From a virus (taxonomy: Duplodnaviria; Caudoviricetes), in IMG/VR virus record IMGVR_UViG_3300022719_000123, positions 1 through 43,313 of that record: a DNA stretch of 43,313 nt; one strand, given 5' to 3'. The position numbers and the translations under genes were made by a program. The notes under the pieces were generated by a model, which saw only the letters and a list, made by a program, of their open reading frames with translations, had not been told where the DNA came from and did not search any database. Shown one piece after another: positions 34,400-43,313 of the stretch. Every line of letters starts with the position of its first letter. Position 1 is the stretch's first letter.

Positions 34400-37165
34400 T
34401 TATCTCCTCCTCGGTATTTGTCTTGCGCGAATATTTCTAAATCTTTCAACTGGGTCTGTCGTAGATTCTGATACAGAATCCCACCCAAAACCTTCACAAA
34501 CTGAAGCCGTTGCTATGTGAGAAGCATTGAGAACCGGGTCTTGATCAAAACTTAGTGTGTCATATCCAAGTGCTTGCCAGGTGGCTAGCGTGTGTGTATC
34601 GCCTAAAGTATTACCTCCATTATCAGAGGAGAATAGCTCAGCCTGAAATACTTGTGCATTAGTGTTATAATAACAGTTTGATTGAAACGTTAGCTTTCCG
34701 CCCTCAACGACATCAATATAAAGGGAATCGCTGCCATATACGGATGTAATAAGCATTCCACCCTCAAGTCCCGAGTAGGTCGCTGCGTCATCCACAATAA
34801 CATTGAAGCGGAAGGTGAACGGTCCGATTGCGGCATAGGTGTTTGATGGATTGTGTTCAAGCCCCCCTCTGCTGTTATAGAACGTATTATTCTCTACAGT
34901 GATATTTTGATGAAACGTTGGCCCACCAAGGTCTCTCGTGTACATAGCACGAGTCGAGTTAAGAACAACGTTTCTTCTAATGTTTCCATTTCTCTGCCCG
35001 GTCGCTATCGCGTAGAAAGAGCAGTTATAAAGAACGTTATCGTTAAATTCAAAATCCCCATCAGATGAGCCATGCTTATATTTAAAGCAGGAACCGCCGA
35101 GGGCGTTGGTAGTCGGAATAGAGTGATATATAACATTGTGATGAAAGTTATTACCGTCTCCAGTAAAGATAACAATGTTTGCGCTATTTTCAGTCTTCGC
35201 GCCCCCGGTGTCGGTGTTAACCCGATCGTAGTTATCATGGATATGGTTGTGATGAACTTCTGAATCAGTAACCCCGGTAAATTTAAGTCCAGCTATGTTG
35301 TTGTTATCAGCAGCATTCCAGTCATAGAGTTCCATGTTGCGGATTTCTATGTTATCGGCCTCTGCAACTGACATAGCAGAACCATCGCAATCATTGCAGC
35401 CACCAGTTATGGCCAGCCCCTCAAACAAAAGATACGATGTTTGTAAAGCAGAGAACGGTGTGCAGTTCATTCCGGTTGTGCAGCCGCTTCCGTCAAATTC
35501 TGGGGTTTCGCCAGGGTATGCTTTAAATTTAATTTGATTTGATGCGGTCCCAGCAGAGGTCCGAAGAGAAAACATCGACTTACTGTTCGTGTCTTTTTGA
35601 TAAATCGTTGTGTAGCTACTTCCAAGGAAGTAAACAACGTCTCCGGCTGTTAGTGAAATGTGCCCTGCGGGAGCAGGATCTCCGCCTGAGCCATAATAGG
35701 TAAAGTTAGCTGTTGATGCCCAGGGAGCCGCATAGGTGCCAGCGGCTCCATCATCTCCTGAATCAAAATCAACGTAGTAGCAGGAGCCGCCACCAGTTGC
35801 CTCACAGAGTGGGGTGGTGCCGTTTGCTGTGCAGGAAGAATACGCACCACCTACTTGGCAGAGCCTGTATCCATCTACACAGCCAGCAGCGTCATATATT
35901 CCTGGATAGATATATCTATCAGTGTCGTCGCAATCATCGTCCGTATCGTAACCATCTCTATCTTGGTCGTCTGTGGAACAAAGGGAATCCCCTCCCGACA
36001 TGTCGTTATCAACGCCGTCTCCACAAATTTCATCGGTTGCTTCCGCTGGTGGGGGTCCGCCGCCGCCGCCGCCAGTATTTTCCTCATCGGCTCCAATATC
36101 CCAGTCAGAGCGTGTCTCCTCGTCGATGTCGTCTGTAATGGCGAAATCCGAGTCTGCGCTTAGGTCAGTAGCTCCACCAAGTGCACCGGAGGCGTCTGCT
36201 GAGTCGAGGTGATAATCGTCGTTCGCTTCATCCACAAACGTAACGGTTGCACTCGTTATTCCAGATGTTCCGTGAACATCAGCATCCTCTGATAGGTTTG
36301 TTGTTGACGTGTCTGTGTCAGCGGTATTGGAAACCATGTAGCAGTCTGCCGTTCCTTGGCAGATATTATTCTTCATTCGGAAGATATCGGTTGTGCCGTC
36401 TAATGAATGGTCAAAACCCGCAGCACCAGCAGTCGCACCGTTTGCAGATACTGTATTGTTGTAGATAATAACTTCATCACTATCGGACGTTCCAACACCA
36501 ATTGCGCGATAGTTTTGTCCGTAAATAATAGAGTTTGCTAGGACGAATTCTTTTGATGTGGTGCCGTTGGTGGACCTAATTCCGAAGTTTGCGTTTGATG
36601 TGGTTGGTGTGCCGGAGGGCTCATAAGCACAGATGGTGTTTATGATATGAAGCTCTGTGCCTCCAGTCCATTCGATACAGGCACCTCGGGCATCATCATT
36701 TGCGGTGTTTTTGACTGCAAGCCCATCAATATGTACACACCCTGTGTTTACTTCAATGGTGCGGAAATAATCCGAGGTTACGAGTCGGTATGTGTCGGTT
36801 GGGAACTCTCCCTCATGAATCGAATTCGATACTCCACTATCGGTTGTAATGGTAATGCAGTTTGAGGAACCGGATGTCCAGTCAGTACCAACTTCAAAGC
36901 CAGAAGTGTCTGCGGCTGTACCTGAGATAATAACCTTATGAGTGTCTCCAGCGGAGACAAGGTCCGTTGCTTCTGTTGCATCCCACGTAGCGAGGTCACA
37001 GTAGGCTGAGTCTGTTGAGCCATCTGTTTCATTTGTTGTTCCGTCTTCATCACCGTCACACGTGTTGTCTGTGTTTACATACCGAACAACCTCAGCAGCA
37101 TGAGCTGGGAAAGCAGTAAGTAGATAGAAAAGTGTGATAAGTAGAAATAGTCGTTTCATGTCCAC
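34400..37165 (-). CDS. Large pectin-lyase-like beta-helix protein with a signal peptide
   Basis: MKRLFLLITLFYLLTAFPAHA leader; two blocks of NN/HHN beta-helix repeats; central EICGDGVDND / DCDD..IYPG acidic cysteine motifs. Confidence 0.75.
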   Translation of the reverse strand: MDMKRLFLLITLFYLLTAFPAHAAEVVRYVNTDNTCDGDEDGTTNETDGSTDSAYCDLATWDATEATDLVSAGDTHKVIISGTAADTSGFEVGTDWTSGSSNCITITTDSGVSNSIHEGEFPTDTYRLVTSDYFRTIEVNTGCVHIDGLAVKNTANDDARGACIEWTGGTELHIINTICAYEPSGTPTTSNANFGIRSTNGTTSKEFVLANSIIYGQNYRAIGVGTSDSDEVIIYNNTVSANGATAGAAGFDHSLDGTTDIFRMKNNICQGTADCYMVSNTADTDTSTTNLSEDADVHGTSGITSATVTFVDEANDDYHLDSADASGALGGATDLSADSDFAITDDIDEETRSDWDIGADEENTGGGGGGPPPAEATDEICGDGVDNDMSGGDSLCSTDDQDRDGYDTDDDCDDTDRYIYPGIYDAAGCVDGYRLCQVGGAYSSCTANGTTPLCEATGGGSCYYVDFDSGDDGAAGTYAAPWASTANFTYYGSGGDPAPAGHISLTAGDVVYFLGSSYTTIYQKDTNSKSMFSLRTSAGTASNQIKFKAYPGETPEFDGSGCTTGMNCTPFSALQTSYLLFEGLAITGGCNDCDGSAMSVAEADNIEIRNMELYDWNAADNNNIAGLKFTGVTDSEVHHNHIHDNYDRVNTDTGGAKTENSANIVIFTGDGNNFHHNVIYHSIPTTNALGGSCFKYKHGSSDGDFEFNDNVLYNCSFYAIATGQRNGNIRRNVVLNSTRAMYTRDLGGPTFHQNITVENNTFYNSRGGLEHNPSNTYAAIGPFTFRFNVIVDDAATYSGLEGGMLITSVYGSDSLYIDVVEGGKLTFQSNCYYNTNAQVFQAELFSSDNGGNTLGDTHTLATWQALGYDTLSFDQDPVLNASHIATASVCEGFGWDSVSESTTDPVERFRNIRARQIPRRR

Positions 37166-38305
37166 CTACGAATTATTATAAACCGCTAGCTTTTTAGCTA
37201 CACCATTAATTTGAATCGGAAGATACTCATCTAACGATCCGGCTGTTGTGAGCGTGTTTACAAAGTTCACTGTCGCAACATTTAAACCATTGAAATACTC
37301 GGTCGCTGTTCCTAAATTAAAACTACCCGCGGTGTTTGGCCGAATAGCATTGTCTCCGGGATCAAAGTCGATAATTAAAACATCCCCATCACCAGCATCG
37401 GTAAATCTAACCCCTTCAGTTGTTCCAGCAGTTATATTGAGCCATTCGTCAGCTACAATATTAACATCGAGTCCCGCAGTAAGAGTTAAATCAGAGCTTC
37501 CTCCAGAAGCTGTAATGGAAAGGTTTCCTGCGTTTGTAACAGAAGAACAGTCACCAAGACTGGTGATATCAGTGTTAGCCCCATCCTTTGCCGCATTTAA
37601 AGCCCCGCGGGCTCCCGATGCGCTTGTTGAGCCAGTTCCTCCCTGATTGACCGCTATGGCAGTTCCTTGCCAGGTTCCCGTAGTGATAGTGCCAAGGGTT
37701 GTGATGGAGGTTTGGCCAACGTAGGAACTATCAATGTTGATAGTTGGATTTCCTCCCGCACCCGATCCATTTGAAACAGAGATTCTATTTGATGTTCCCG
37801 TAATTGTTCGTGGGCTAAATGTGTTAGCTGCTGTCTGAGAAACTATACCAGCAGACGTTGACATAGCGGAGAGACCAGCTAGCCCAGCGTCGTATGCCTG
37901 TGCATCAACACCAAGTTCAAGACCAATACTTTGTCGGAGCGTGTTTCCTGACTCTTCAACCCAGGAACTTCCATCTCCAACTAAAAGACTACCGTCTGCT
38001 GGTGCCGTAATAGCTGCAATTGCCGCCAGGTCTGCTGAATATGCCTGAACATCTTGGTCAATTCTAAGACCAACTATTTCGGAGTTTATAATTTGTACGC
38101 CTTCAATAGTAACACCCGCTCCTGGTGTGTATTCATTGATTATGTCAAATAACAAACTACTATTAGACGTGTTAAAAGCTCCATAGCCGGTGCTATCAGC
38201 TTGGTCACGAATCTCGATTGGTCCGCCGAGCGTTTTTGGCGAAATGAAATCTATTGCTATATGATTGCTTCCCCCGGACGGTTCAATAGGGCTACTTGCT
38301 GCCAT
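37166..38305 (-). CDS. Tail fibre-like protein
   Basis: DVQAY..L repeats, ITTLGTITTGTWQGTAIAVNQGGTG and GANTDITSL fibre motifs. Confidence 0.7.
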   Translation of the reverse strand: MAASSPIEPSGGSNHIAIDFISPKTLGGPIEIRDQADSTGYGAFNTSNSSLLFDIINEYTPGAGVTIEGVQIINSEIVGLRIDQDVQAYSADLAAIAAITAPADGSLLVGDGSSWVEESGNTLRQSIGLELGVDAQAYDAGLAGLSAMSTSAGIVSQTAANTFSPRTITGTSNRISVSNGSGAGGNPTINIDSSYVGQTSITTLGTITTGTWQGTAIAVNQGGTGSTSASGARGALNAAKDGANTDITSLGDCSSVTNAGNLSITASGGSSDLTLTAGLDVNIVADEWLNITAGTTEGVRFTDAGDGDVLIIDFDPGDNAIRPNTAGSFNLGTATEYFNGLNVATVNFVNTLTTAGSLDEYLPIQINGVAKKLAVYNNS

Positions 38306-38308
38306 AGT

Positions 38309-39016
38309 TTACTCCCATCTAATTGCCCCGCGAATTCGTCTCATTCGGCGGCTTTTGATTCTTTTTGTTGCAATCTGACTTCGCTGTTCTGTTTGAAATC
38401 TATTTCGTCCAAGGTTGTATTCGCGCTGGAATTTTTGAAACAGCCCTTCCCTTGCTCCAGAGAACATCTGTGGATAATAGGTGGTGGCTCCAAGTGCGAT
38501 AGTCCGATGGTGTGGAGATGCAATCTCCGGTGTCTCATCATCACTAAACGCTGCAATTGTTTTATAGTAAAAAAGATATGCATCCCAGGTGTCTGAGACG
38601 GTTGGAAGAGTGGTAAATCGGAAGTTATCGTTGTTATCAAATGTCCACTGATATCCTCCTCGTGTGTCTCCTCGTAGGGCTGAGAGTTGTCTTTTGTATG
38701 TTAAGTATGACACCTCCTCCCAAAACTCCTCTTCAACCTCGCTATCAGCGGGATTTGGATCAACTGCTATTCCATAAATTTCTGCAAGGTCAGTAACTTC
38801 AAACCCACCCGCACCTAGCGGCACCGAGGTAGTTGCTGAGGTAAGACTAACGGGAGCGGTTTTTACCAGTAGTTCTCTTGGATTAAAGTCGGAAACCATC
38901 TCCTCAAGTGTTGCTTGCAGAGCAGTCTCCACGCCGGTCTTTATGTCGCCAGTCGTATTAACCGGAAGGTCAAGGTTTAGAAACACTTGTGTGCGAAGCT
39001 CTGCCCAGGTAGCCAT
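38309..39016 (-). CDS. Head-tail adaptor (tail tubular protein A-like)
   Basis: Start reassigned to ATG 39016 (MATWAELRTQV); PEI..HHRTIALGA motif; position after the capsid genes. Confidence 0.65.
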   Translation of the reverse strand: MATWAELRTQVFLNLDLPVNTTGDIKTGVETALQATLEEMVSDFNPRELLVKTAPVSLTSATTSVPLGAGGFEVTDLAEIYGIAVDPNPADSEVEEEFWEEVSYLTYKRQLSALRGDTRGGYQWTFDNNDNFRFTTLPTVSDTWDAYLFYYKTIAAFSDDETPEIASPHHRTIALGATTYYPQMFSGAREGLFQKFQREYNLGRNRFQTEQRSQIATKRIKSRRMRRIRGAIRWE

Positions 39017-39040
39017 AGAAAATAGGGGGCCGAAGCCCCC
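39017..39040 (-). terminator. Intrinsic terminator after the capsid genes
   Basis: The minus strand reads GGGGGC-TTCG-GCCCCC-TATTTTCT (cUUCGg tetraloop). Confidence 0.8.
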
Positions 39041-39047
39041 GTTTAAT

Positions 39048-39410
39048 TTAAATGTCTGTAGCGATAACTTGCACAGAGGCAACAACTGATGCGTCGCCAC
39101 CTTCTGATGCTCTTACCCACCATCCTGTTCCTGCTGTTATTTGACGGTTCGCCTCTGAAACTAAAGTTTCGTACGTCGTGTAGGCTGCGTCCGTATCAAC
39201 ATCAATGGTTGCAAGAACTGTCGGGCTTGCTTCCGCCGTTTCTAAGATAAACGTCTCCCCTGTCGTTGCCTGAGTAATTACCTCAACCCGCAATTTAGTT
39301 ACAAGGTAGTCTTTGTTCTTGTTTCCAGGAGCACCAAGAACTTTAGCGTCTGAGGCAGGAGTAGTCGTAACGACAGAATGAGAAACAAGGTCAGTATATG
39401 ACAAACTCAT
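39048..39410 (-). CDS. Putative capsid decoration protein
   Basis: 120 aa, beta-rich, AGGAG RBS; lies between the capsid gene and the terminator. Confidence 0.55.
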   Translation of the reverse strand: MSLSYTDLVSHSVVTTTPASDAKVLGAPGNKNKDYLVTKLRVEVITQATTGETFILETAEASPTVLATIDVDTDAAYTTYETLVSEANRQITAGTGWWVRASEGGDASVVASVQVIATDI

Positions 39411-39429
39411 AGTTTTTTCTCCTAATTAA

Positions 39430-40398
39430 TTATGCTGATGTATAATGAATGATGCGACCATCACCGTGTGACGTGTAGTTCCAAGGAACTACGTAGTCTA
39501 CAAATGACTGCCACGCGATTGCTTTGTTATTTCCAAAGTCATCGCCAACATTCATGTTCACACGAAAGTGCATCGGATATACCATCATTTCTTTAATAGC
39601 ATCCTCGCCGAAGAGAAAGCCTGACCCAAGATTATTGGACCCTACATCATCAGCAACAATGTCATTATCAATAGCAAACCGCATTCGCTGCACTCGCCCG
39701 ATTTCTCCTCGAAGTGCTCCCTCAGCTCCAGATGGTGCATACTTCGCAACATCTACCCAGCCTTGTGAAGTAACATCACTATTTAAGTCATCCTCAATTT
39801 GAGGAGATCCAATAAATAGCCAGTTAGAGCCATCAAAGGTTGGAATGTTGTTTCGAGTAGCCTCAAACTTAAGCTTCCGAGCTTGCAACAAGCTAAACGG
39901 CAGGTCAGCAGTTTCGGCTACCGTTCCATCGTTAGCAAATGTATACTTATCGGTAGCTGAGTCATCAGCAACAAAGGTAAACGAACGACCTGATACGGCT
40001 TGGTCGTAAATTACTTTGTTTTCTACTCGTGCAGCATGATCACGAAGAGCTCTTACGATTGGAGCTTCTGTGTCCAGTCGATCAAGGTCTTCTCTTGTTC
40101 CCGTCCACGGCACCGCAAACGCTCTACGGAAAACTGTTCCTGTTCCGTGAAACGTTGGCACTTCACCAAAAGGAACTTTTTCCGTTTCCTGTATCGCTGT
40201 ATCCGCCGAGCTAAGAGGTATTCGTCCATAGAGACGAAAACCGACTTTATCCCCGGAGTTTTTGCCGAGTAGGAATTCGCTTGCTGGTTCTACGGCATCC
40301 TTCATCACCATCATTAAATGGGGAATCATCCGAGCTTCTTTCGAAAGCTCCTCATTGTCATAGATGGTGCCGTCAAGACTAGCCCATGTAGTTGACAT
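39430..40398 (-). CDS. Major capsid protein (HK97 fold, N4-gp56-like)
   Basis: 322 aa; GKNSGDKV, GEIGRVQRMRF, FLFGEDA and DDFG..KAIAW motifs; strong GAGGAGG RBS; follows the scaffold. Confidence 0.85.
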   Translation of the reverse strand: MSTTWASLDGTIYDNEELSKEARMIPHLMMVMKDAVEPASEFLLGKNSGDKVGFRLYGRIPLSSADTAIQETEKVPFGEVPTFHGTGTVFRRAFAVPWTGTREDLDRLDTEAPIVRALRDHAARVENKVIYDQAVSGRSFTFVADDSATDKYTFANDGTVAETADLPFSLLQARKLKFEATRNNIPTFDGSNWLFIGSPQIEDDLNSDVTSQGWVDVAKYAPSGAEGALRGEIGRVQRMRFAIDNDIVADDVGSNNLGSGFLFGEDAIKEMMVYPMHFRVNMNVGDDFGNNKAIAWQSFVDYVVPWNYTSHGDGRIIHYTSA

Positions 40399-40417
40399 TT
40401 TTTATCCTCCTCTTATC

Positions 40418-41152
40418 TTAAGTAAAGAGAGCCCGTTGAGCCTTGCGCCGCGATAATCGCTGCTGCATTTCCTCGTTCAGGATCTCTGAAGTCGTTTTCT
40501 TTTTGTCTTTCGGCGTTCCTGATGAGGACGCACTTGCGCTAGAAATCGTTGTGGCTTTGGAAATTCTATCTTTGACAGTTCCCTCACCTCGTTTCTCCAT
40601 ATGGAGATCGTATTTATTAAGAGCCTCTTTAAGTCGTGACCGAGTATCTTTTGAGTTCTCAGTTTGACTATAAAACAGCGAGAAGAGTTCTTGGTTCGCC
40701 TTATCGTTAATAACGTCAGGTCTATCGGAAAGGACTTCTCTTCCCGCTGTTTTAGCTTCTTGTTGCTGTCCTATTACAGAGTTAACATATTCCTGCATCT
40801 CTTGTCTGCCCATATCTTGCAGGACGCCGAAGACCTTATTTGGATTTTTGATAAACTCCTCTAAGACCGGATCAACCTGGCTTTCGCTCGTTTTGCCTGT
40901 AATAGCATTTGCTATCTGTTGCTTTTGTTGTTCTAGGGCAGATTGAATATCCTCTTTAGTAATACTCTCCGCAGAGCCAGACGTTGATTGTTCGTCTAAT
41001 ATCTTTTTAACAGCAGCGGCAGCGGCTTGCTCAGCAATACTAGAAACGTCCGGGGATTGGGTTGTTTGTTTCGGCTCTTCCTTCCCAGGAGCGGCGGCTG
41101 CTTGTTCCTGATTCTCGTTCTCTTCGCCCTGTGTTTGTTGTTCTTCGCTCAT
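40418..41152 (-). CDS. Scaffolding protein
   Basis: 244 aa, E/Q-rich and helical, with a basic C-terminus; directly before the capsid gene. Confidence 0.7.
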   Translation of the reverse strand: MSEEQQTQGEENENQEQAAAAPGKEEPKQTTQSPDVSSIAEQAAAAAVKKILDEQSTSGSAESITKEDIQSALEQQKQQIANAITGKTSESQVDPVLEEFIKNPNKVFGVLQDMGRQEMQEYVNSVIGQQQEAKTAGREVLSDRPDVINDKANQELFSLFYSQTENSKDTRSRLKEALNKYDLHMEKRGEGTVKDRISKATTISSASASSSGTPKDKKKTTSEILNEEMQQRLSRRKAQRALFT

Positions 41153-41417
41153 TATGTTTCTCCTTTTTTATTTGTTCTATTTCCTGAAGTCGTCGTGCCG
41201 GTCCATCGACTAGTCCATCCAGAATAAAGTCAATAATACTTATTGCTCCTTGTGCGTATCGTATCGAAGCCTCTTCTGAATCTCGTGACTTAAGCGTGAC
41301 CAAATATCCGTCCCGCTGCGCTTTTAAGGGCTCGATAAAAAATTCTCTAAACCTTTCTTCTCCTTTAAGTGCTGTGAAGTAATTCGCGCGTGCTAAGAAA
41401 TCTTGTTCAACGTTCAC
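41040..41417 (-). CDS. Small helical protein between portal and scaffold
   Basis: IRYAQG motif; the 3' part overlaps the scaffold start. Confidence 0.65.
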   Translation of the reverse strand: MNVEQDFLARANYFTALKGEERFREFFIEPLKAQRDGYLVTLKSRDSEEASIRYAQGAISIIDFILDGLVDGPARRLQEIEQIKKEKHNERRTTNTGRRERESGTSSRRSWEGRAETNNPIPGRF

Positions 41418-43312
41418 CTACCTGCTCCTTGTCCTGCTCCATTTACTATTGGGGGCGTTTGTCCTGCTCCATTTTGCCCAATGGGCTCTGGTGGAAATCC
41501 TAAGATAGCTCTAATATCATCTGGGATTTCTGGCGGGCCTATTCCTAACTCCTGCATAGCCTGAAGAGTTAAAAGAATATGCTGCACGGCGGCGTCGGTA
41601 GGAGTTTGTCTGAGAACTTCGTAGTGAACAGGAAGATGTAACTCGTGTCTTTCGTCTGGAAGAATAGAAACCATCTTTCCGGTTCGAAGAAGTGCGTTTT
41701 CTTCTCGTGCAGTGTCTTGTGGATTATTTTGTATCAACCACCTGTTTGGCTCGAAGCCGTGTTGTTCTACCATATCGGCTACAGCTTTGTTCCAGTCAAT
41801 TTTAGATTGTGCGCTTTCGGGCATACGGCTGAGTTTATCTAATAGTTCATTAGAGTTTGCTAGACTTTGGTGCCGCTCAATTCGTTCTCGAAAACCCTTA
41901 ACCCGAATTTTGAAGTTTCGTTTAATCTCGTTGTATCGCTCAATTTTTGGAATGTTGCTCACAAGTTGGAATTCGGAGCTTGTAATAATACCCTGAGTAT
42001 GTAGGTCTTCAAGAGAGCCTGTTTCGAATCCAAACTGCAAGGTTATGTTCATCACCTTCTGAATAATCGGAACGATAAAGTTTTCATCTAGTTCTCTTCC
42101 GAGGGCAAGAAGACTCTCATCAGAGCGATCCACGTTTGCATTAACTTCCGATGCGGTAATCCTAGCTCTACTCGCCTGATTTGCTGACGTGACATCTACG
42201 CCAGCGGCTGAGAAAGCTTGTTGCTCTAAGCGATTAAGTGTTTGAAAGAGAATGGTTCCTACGTTCGTATCGAACTGTAGTTGGGAGAAAACTTCTTTTG
42301 CAGACTTTCCAAATGTTTCGATTCGTTGGTTTGGAAATAGCCCTTCTTCAATGTCCTCTTTATTATGAATAGCATTCATATCAACCACAAACGGCGGGTA
42401 GCTTGCTAACTTCATCATATCAATAAAGTTACTCCACAAGTCATTCGTAAGTAGTTGTTGGTCGATTGCGTTATCGGCAATTCCTTCTCCCGCTGCTTTA
42501 AAAGGAGAGCGGGAAAAACGAGCGGTTACATGAGGAGGAAGTTGATCCCAAAAACCGATGCGGCGGTCTTTAAGAAGAGTTTTGCCGGTCGCAACAATAA
42601 AGTGGCGGTTCTCCTCTATAACTCGCCCGTCTTTCCCTAAGAGTGGTCCATAATATTCTAGTAATTCAATATCAGGGGTGTGTGCGCTTTGCTGTGGAAG
42701 CTGATCGCGCGTAACTATTTTCTGAGACTCGTATGTAGATATAAGACTTTGAGAAGTAAGGCTGACATGATGGCCTTTCTTAAGAAGGTCTTCTCGTTTT
42801 GATTTATCAAGTGCGTGTGACTCAAACAGTGGTTCTAGCTCATAGAATTTCTTTGTAATTCGTTCAATTCTATACCCAGAGTTTTCAACTCTTGTAGCAT
42901 TCGGCTCCCAGGCATAATTGCGCGGGTCAACTACTTCACCCTCAATGCCCACCTCTAATCTACGCTTCGGTCCAAGCTGTCTTTCTAGTCTAATTCGCTG
43001 TGGCTCTCCCTCTCCGGTGAAAGCTTTAATATCGTCCAGAATAAGATTCATTATCTCATCCGGGTCAGTGGGAATGTTTTGTTGAACGTCTTTAGGAAGT
43101 TTCTTTTTGTCCTTCTCCTCGTCTCGTTGAATCTCCTTTGTAATAACTTCCCCGGTCCAGACAATTCGAGGAATGACGTTTAGTTTCATAATTCCTAGTC
43201 CGGTAATGCCTCCTGAAATAAAGAAGTCATAAGCAAGGCTAGGGAGTTTCATCATCCCAAGATGATACCGAACCACCTTTTCAAAGATTCGTGCTAACTC
43301 AGTATTTCCCAT
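41414..43312 (-). CDS. Portal protein (P22-like), main part
   Basis: 632 aa open to the window edge; GLGIMK, VDPRN, IELLEYYG, GEGI and ITASEV motifs; synteny TerL-portal-scaffold-capsid. Confidence 0.88.
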   Translation of the reverse strand: MGNTELARIFEKVVRYHLGMMKLPSLAYDFFISGGITGLGIMKLNVIPRIVWTGEVITKEIQRDEEKDKKKLPKDVQQNIPTDPDEIMNLILDDIKAFTGEGEPQRIRLERQLGPKRRLEVGIEGEVVDPRNYAWEPNATRVENSGYRIERITKKFYELEPLFESHALDKSKREDLLKKGHHVSLTSQSLISTYESQKIVTRDQLPQQSAHTPDIELLEYYGPLLGKDGRVIEENRHFIVATGKTLLKDRRIGFWDQLPPHVTARFSRSPFKAAGEGIADNAIDQQLLTNDLWSNFIDMMKLASYPPFVVDMNAIHNKEDIEEGLFPNQRIETFGKSAKEVFSQLQFDTNVGTILFQTLNRLEQQAFSAAGVDVTSANQASRARITASEVNANVDRSDESLLALGRELDENFIVPIIQKVMNITLQFGFETGSLEDLHTQGIITSSEFQLVSNIPKIERYNEIKRNFKIRVKGFRERIERHQSLANSNELLDKLSRMPESAQSKIDWNKAVADMVEQHGFEPNRWLIQNNPQDTAREENALLRTGKMVSILPDERHELHLPVHYEVLRQTPTDAAVQHILLTLQAMQELGIGPPEIPDDIRAILGFPPEPIGQNGAGQTPPIVNGAGQGAGR

Positions 43313-43313
43313 A

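Noticed and set aside
557-43312. Alternative genetic code (stop-codon reassignment)
   Set aside because: Core genes are full length in the standard code, and TAA, TAG and TGA all occur as tightly coupled gene ends.

Overview
The window looks like a complete ~43.3-kb tailed-phage genome of podovirus type, circularly permuted. It opens inside the portal gene: the portal N-terminus (299..1, minus) continues in frame into 43312..41414 across a 12-nt terminal overlap with one mismatch. A long minus-strand late module runs from about 3489 leftwards, wraps round and ends near 16966. It encodes TerS, TerL, portal, scaffold, major capsid, adaptor, many tail/adhesin-like proteins, a nozzle-like protein, ejection proteins and a holin-like protein. 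A mostly plus-strand early/middle region (4647-16963) holds small hypothetical genes, an HTH/replication-initiator-like gene, a stand-alone lysozyme, a YqaJ exonuclease, RecT and RusA. I recognised no integrase, repressor, DNA polymerase, helicase, tRNA or CRISPR array. The most unusual signals are: (1) a TerL nuclease domain whose motifs are in circularly permuted order; (2) two consensus sigma54 promoters, one inside a three-hairpin structured element next to tandem palindromes; (3) a second long-stem structured element; (4) a secreted knottin-like miniprotein; (5) a strongly G-depleted zone on the plus strand ending at a G-run; (6) an apparently split nozzle gene; (7) a signal-peptide-bearing beta-helix protein among the tail genes. 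All family calls are by eye from motifs and synteny, with no database searches.
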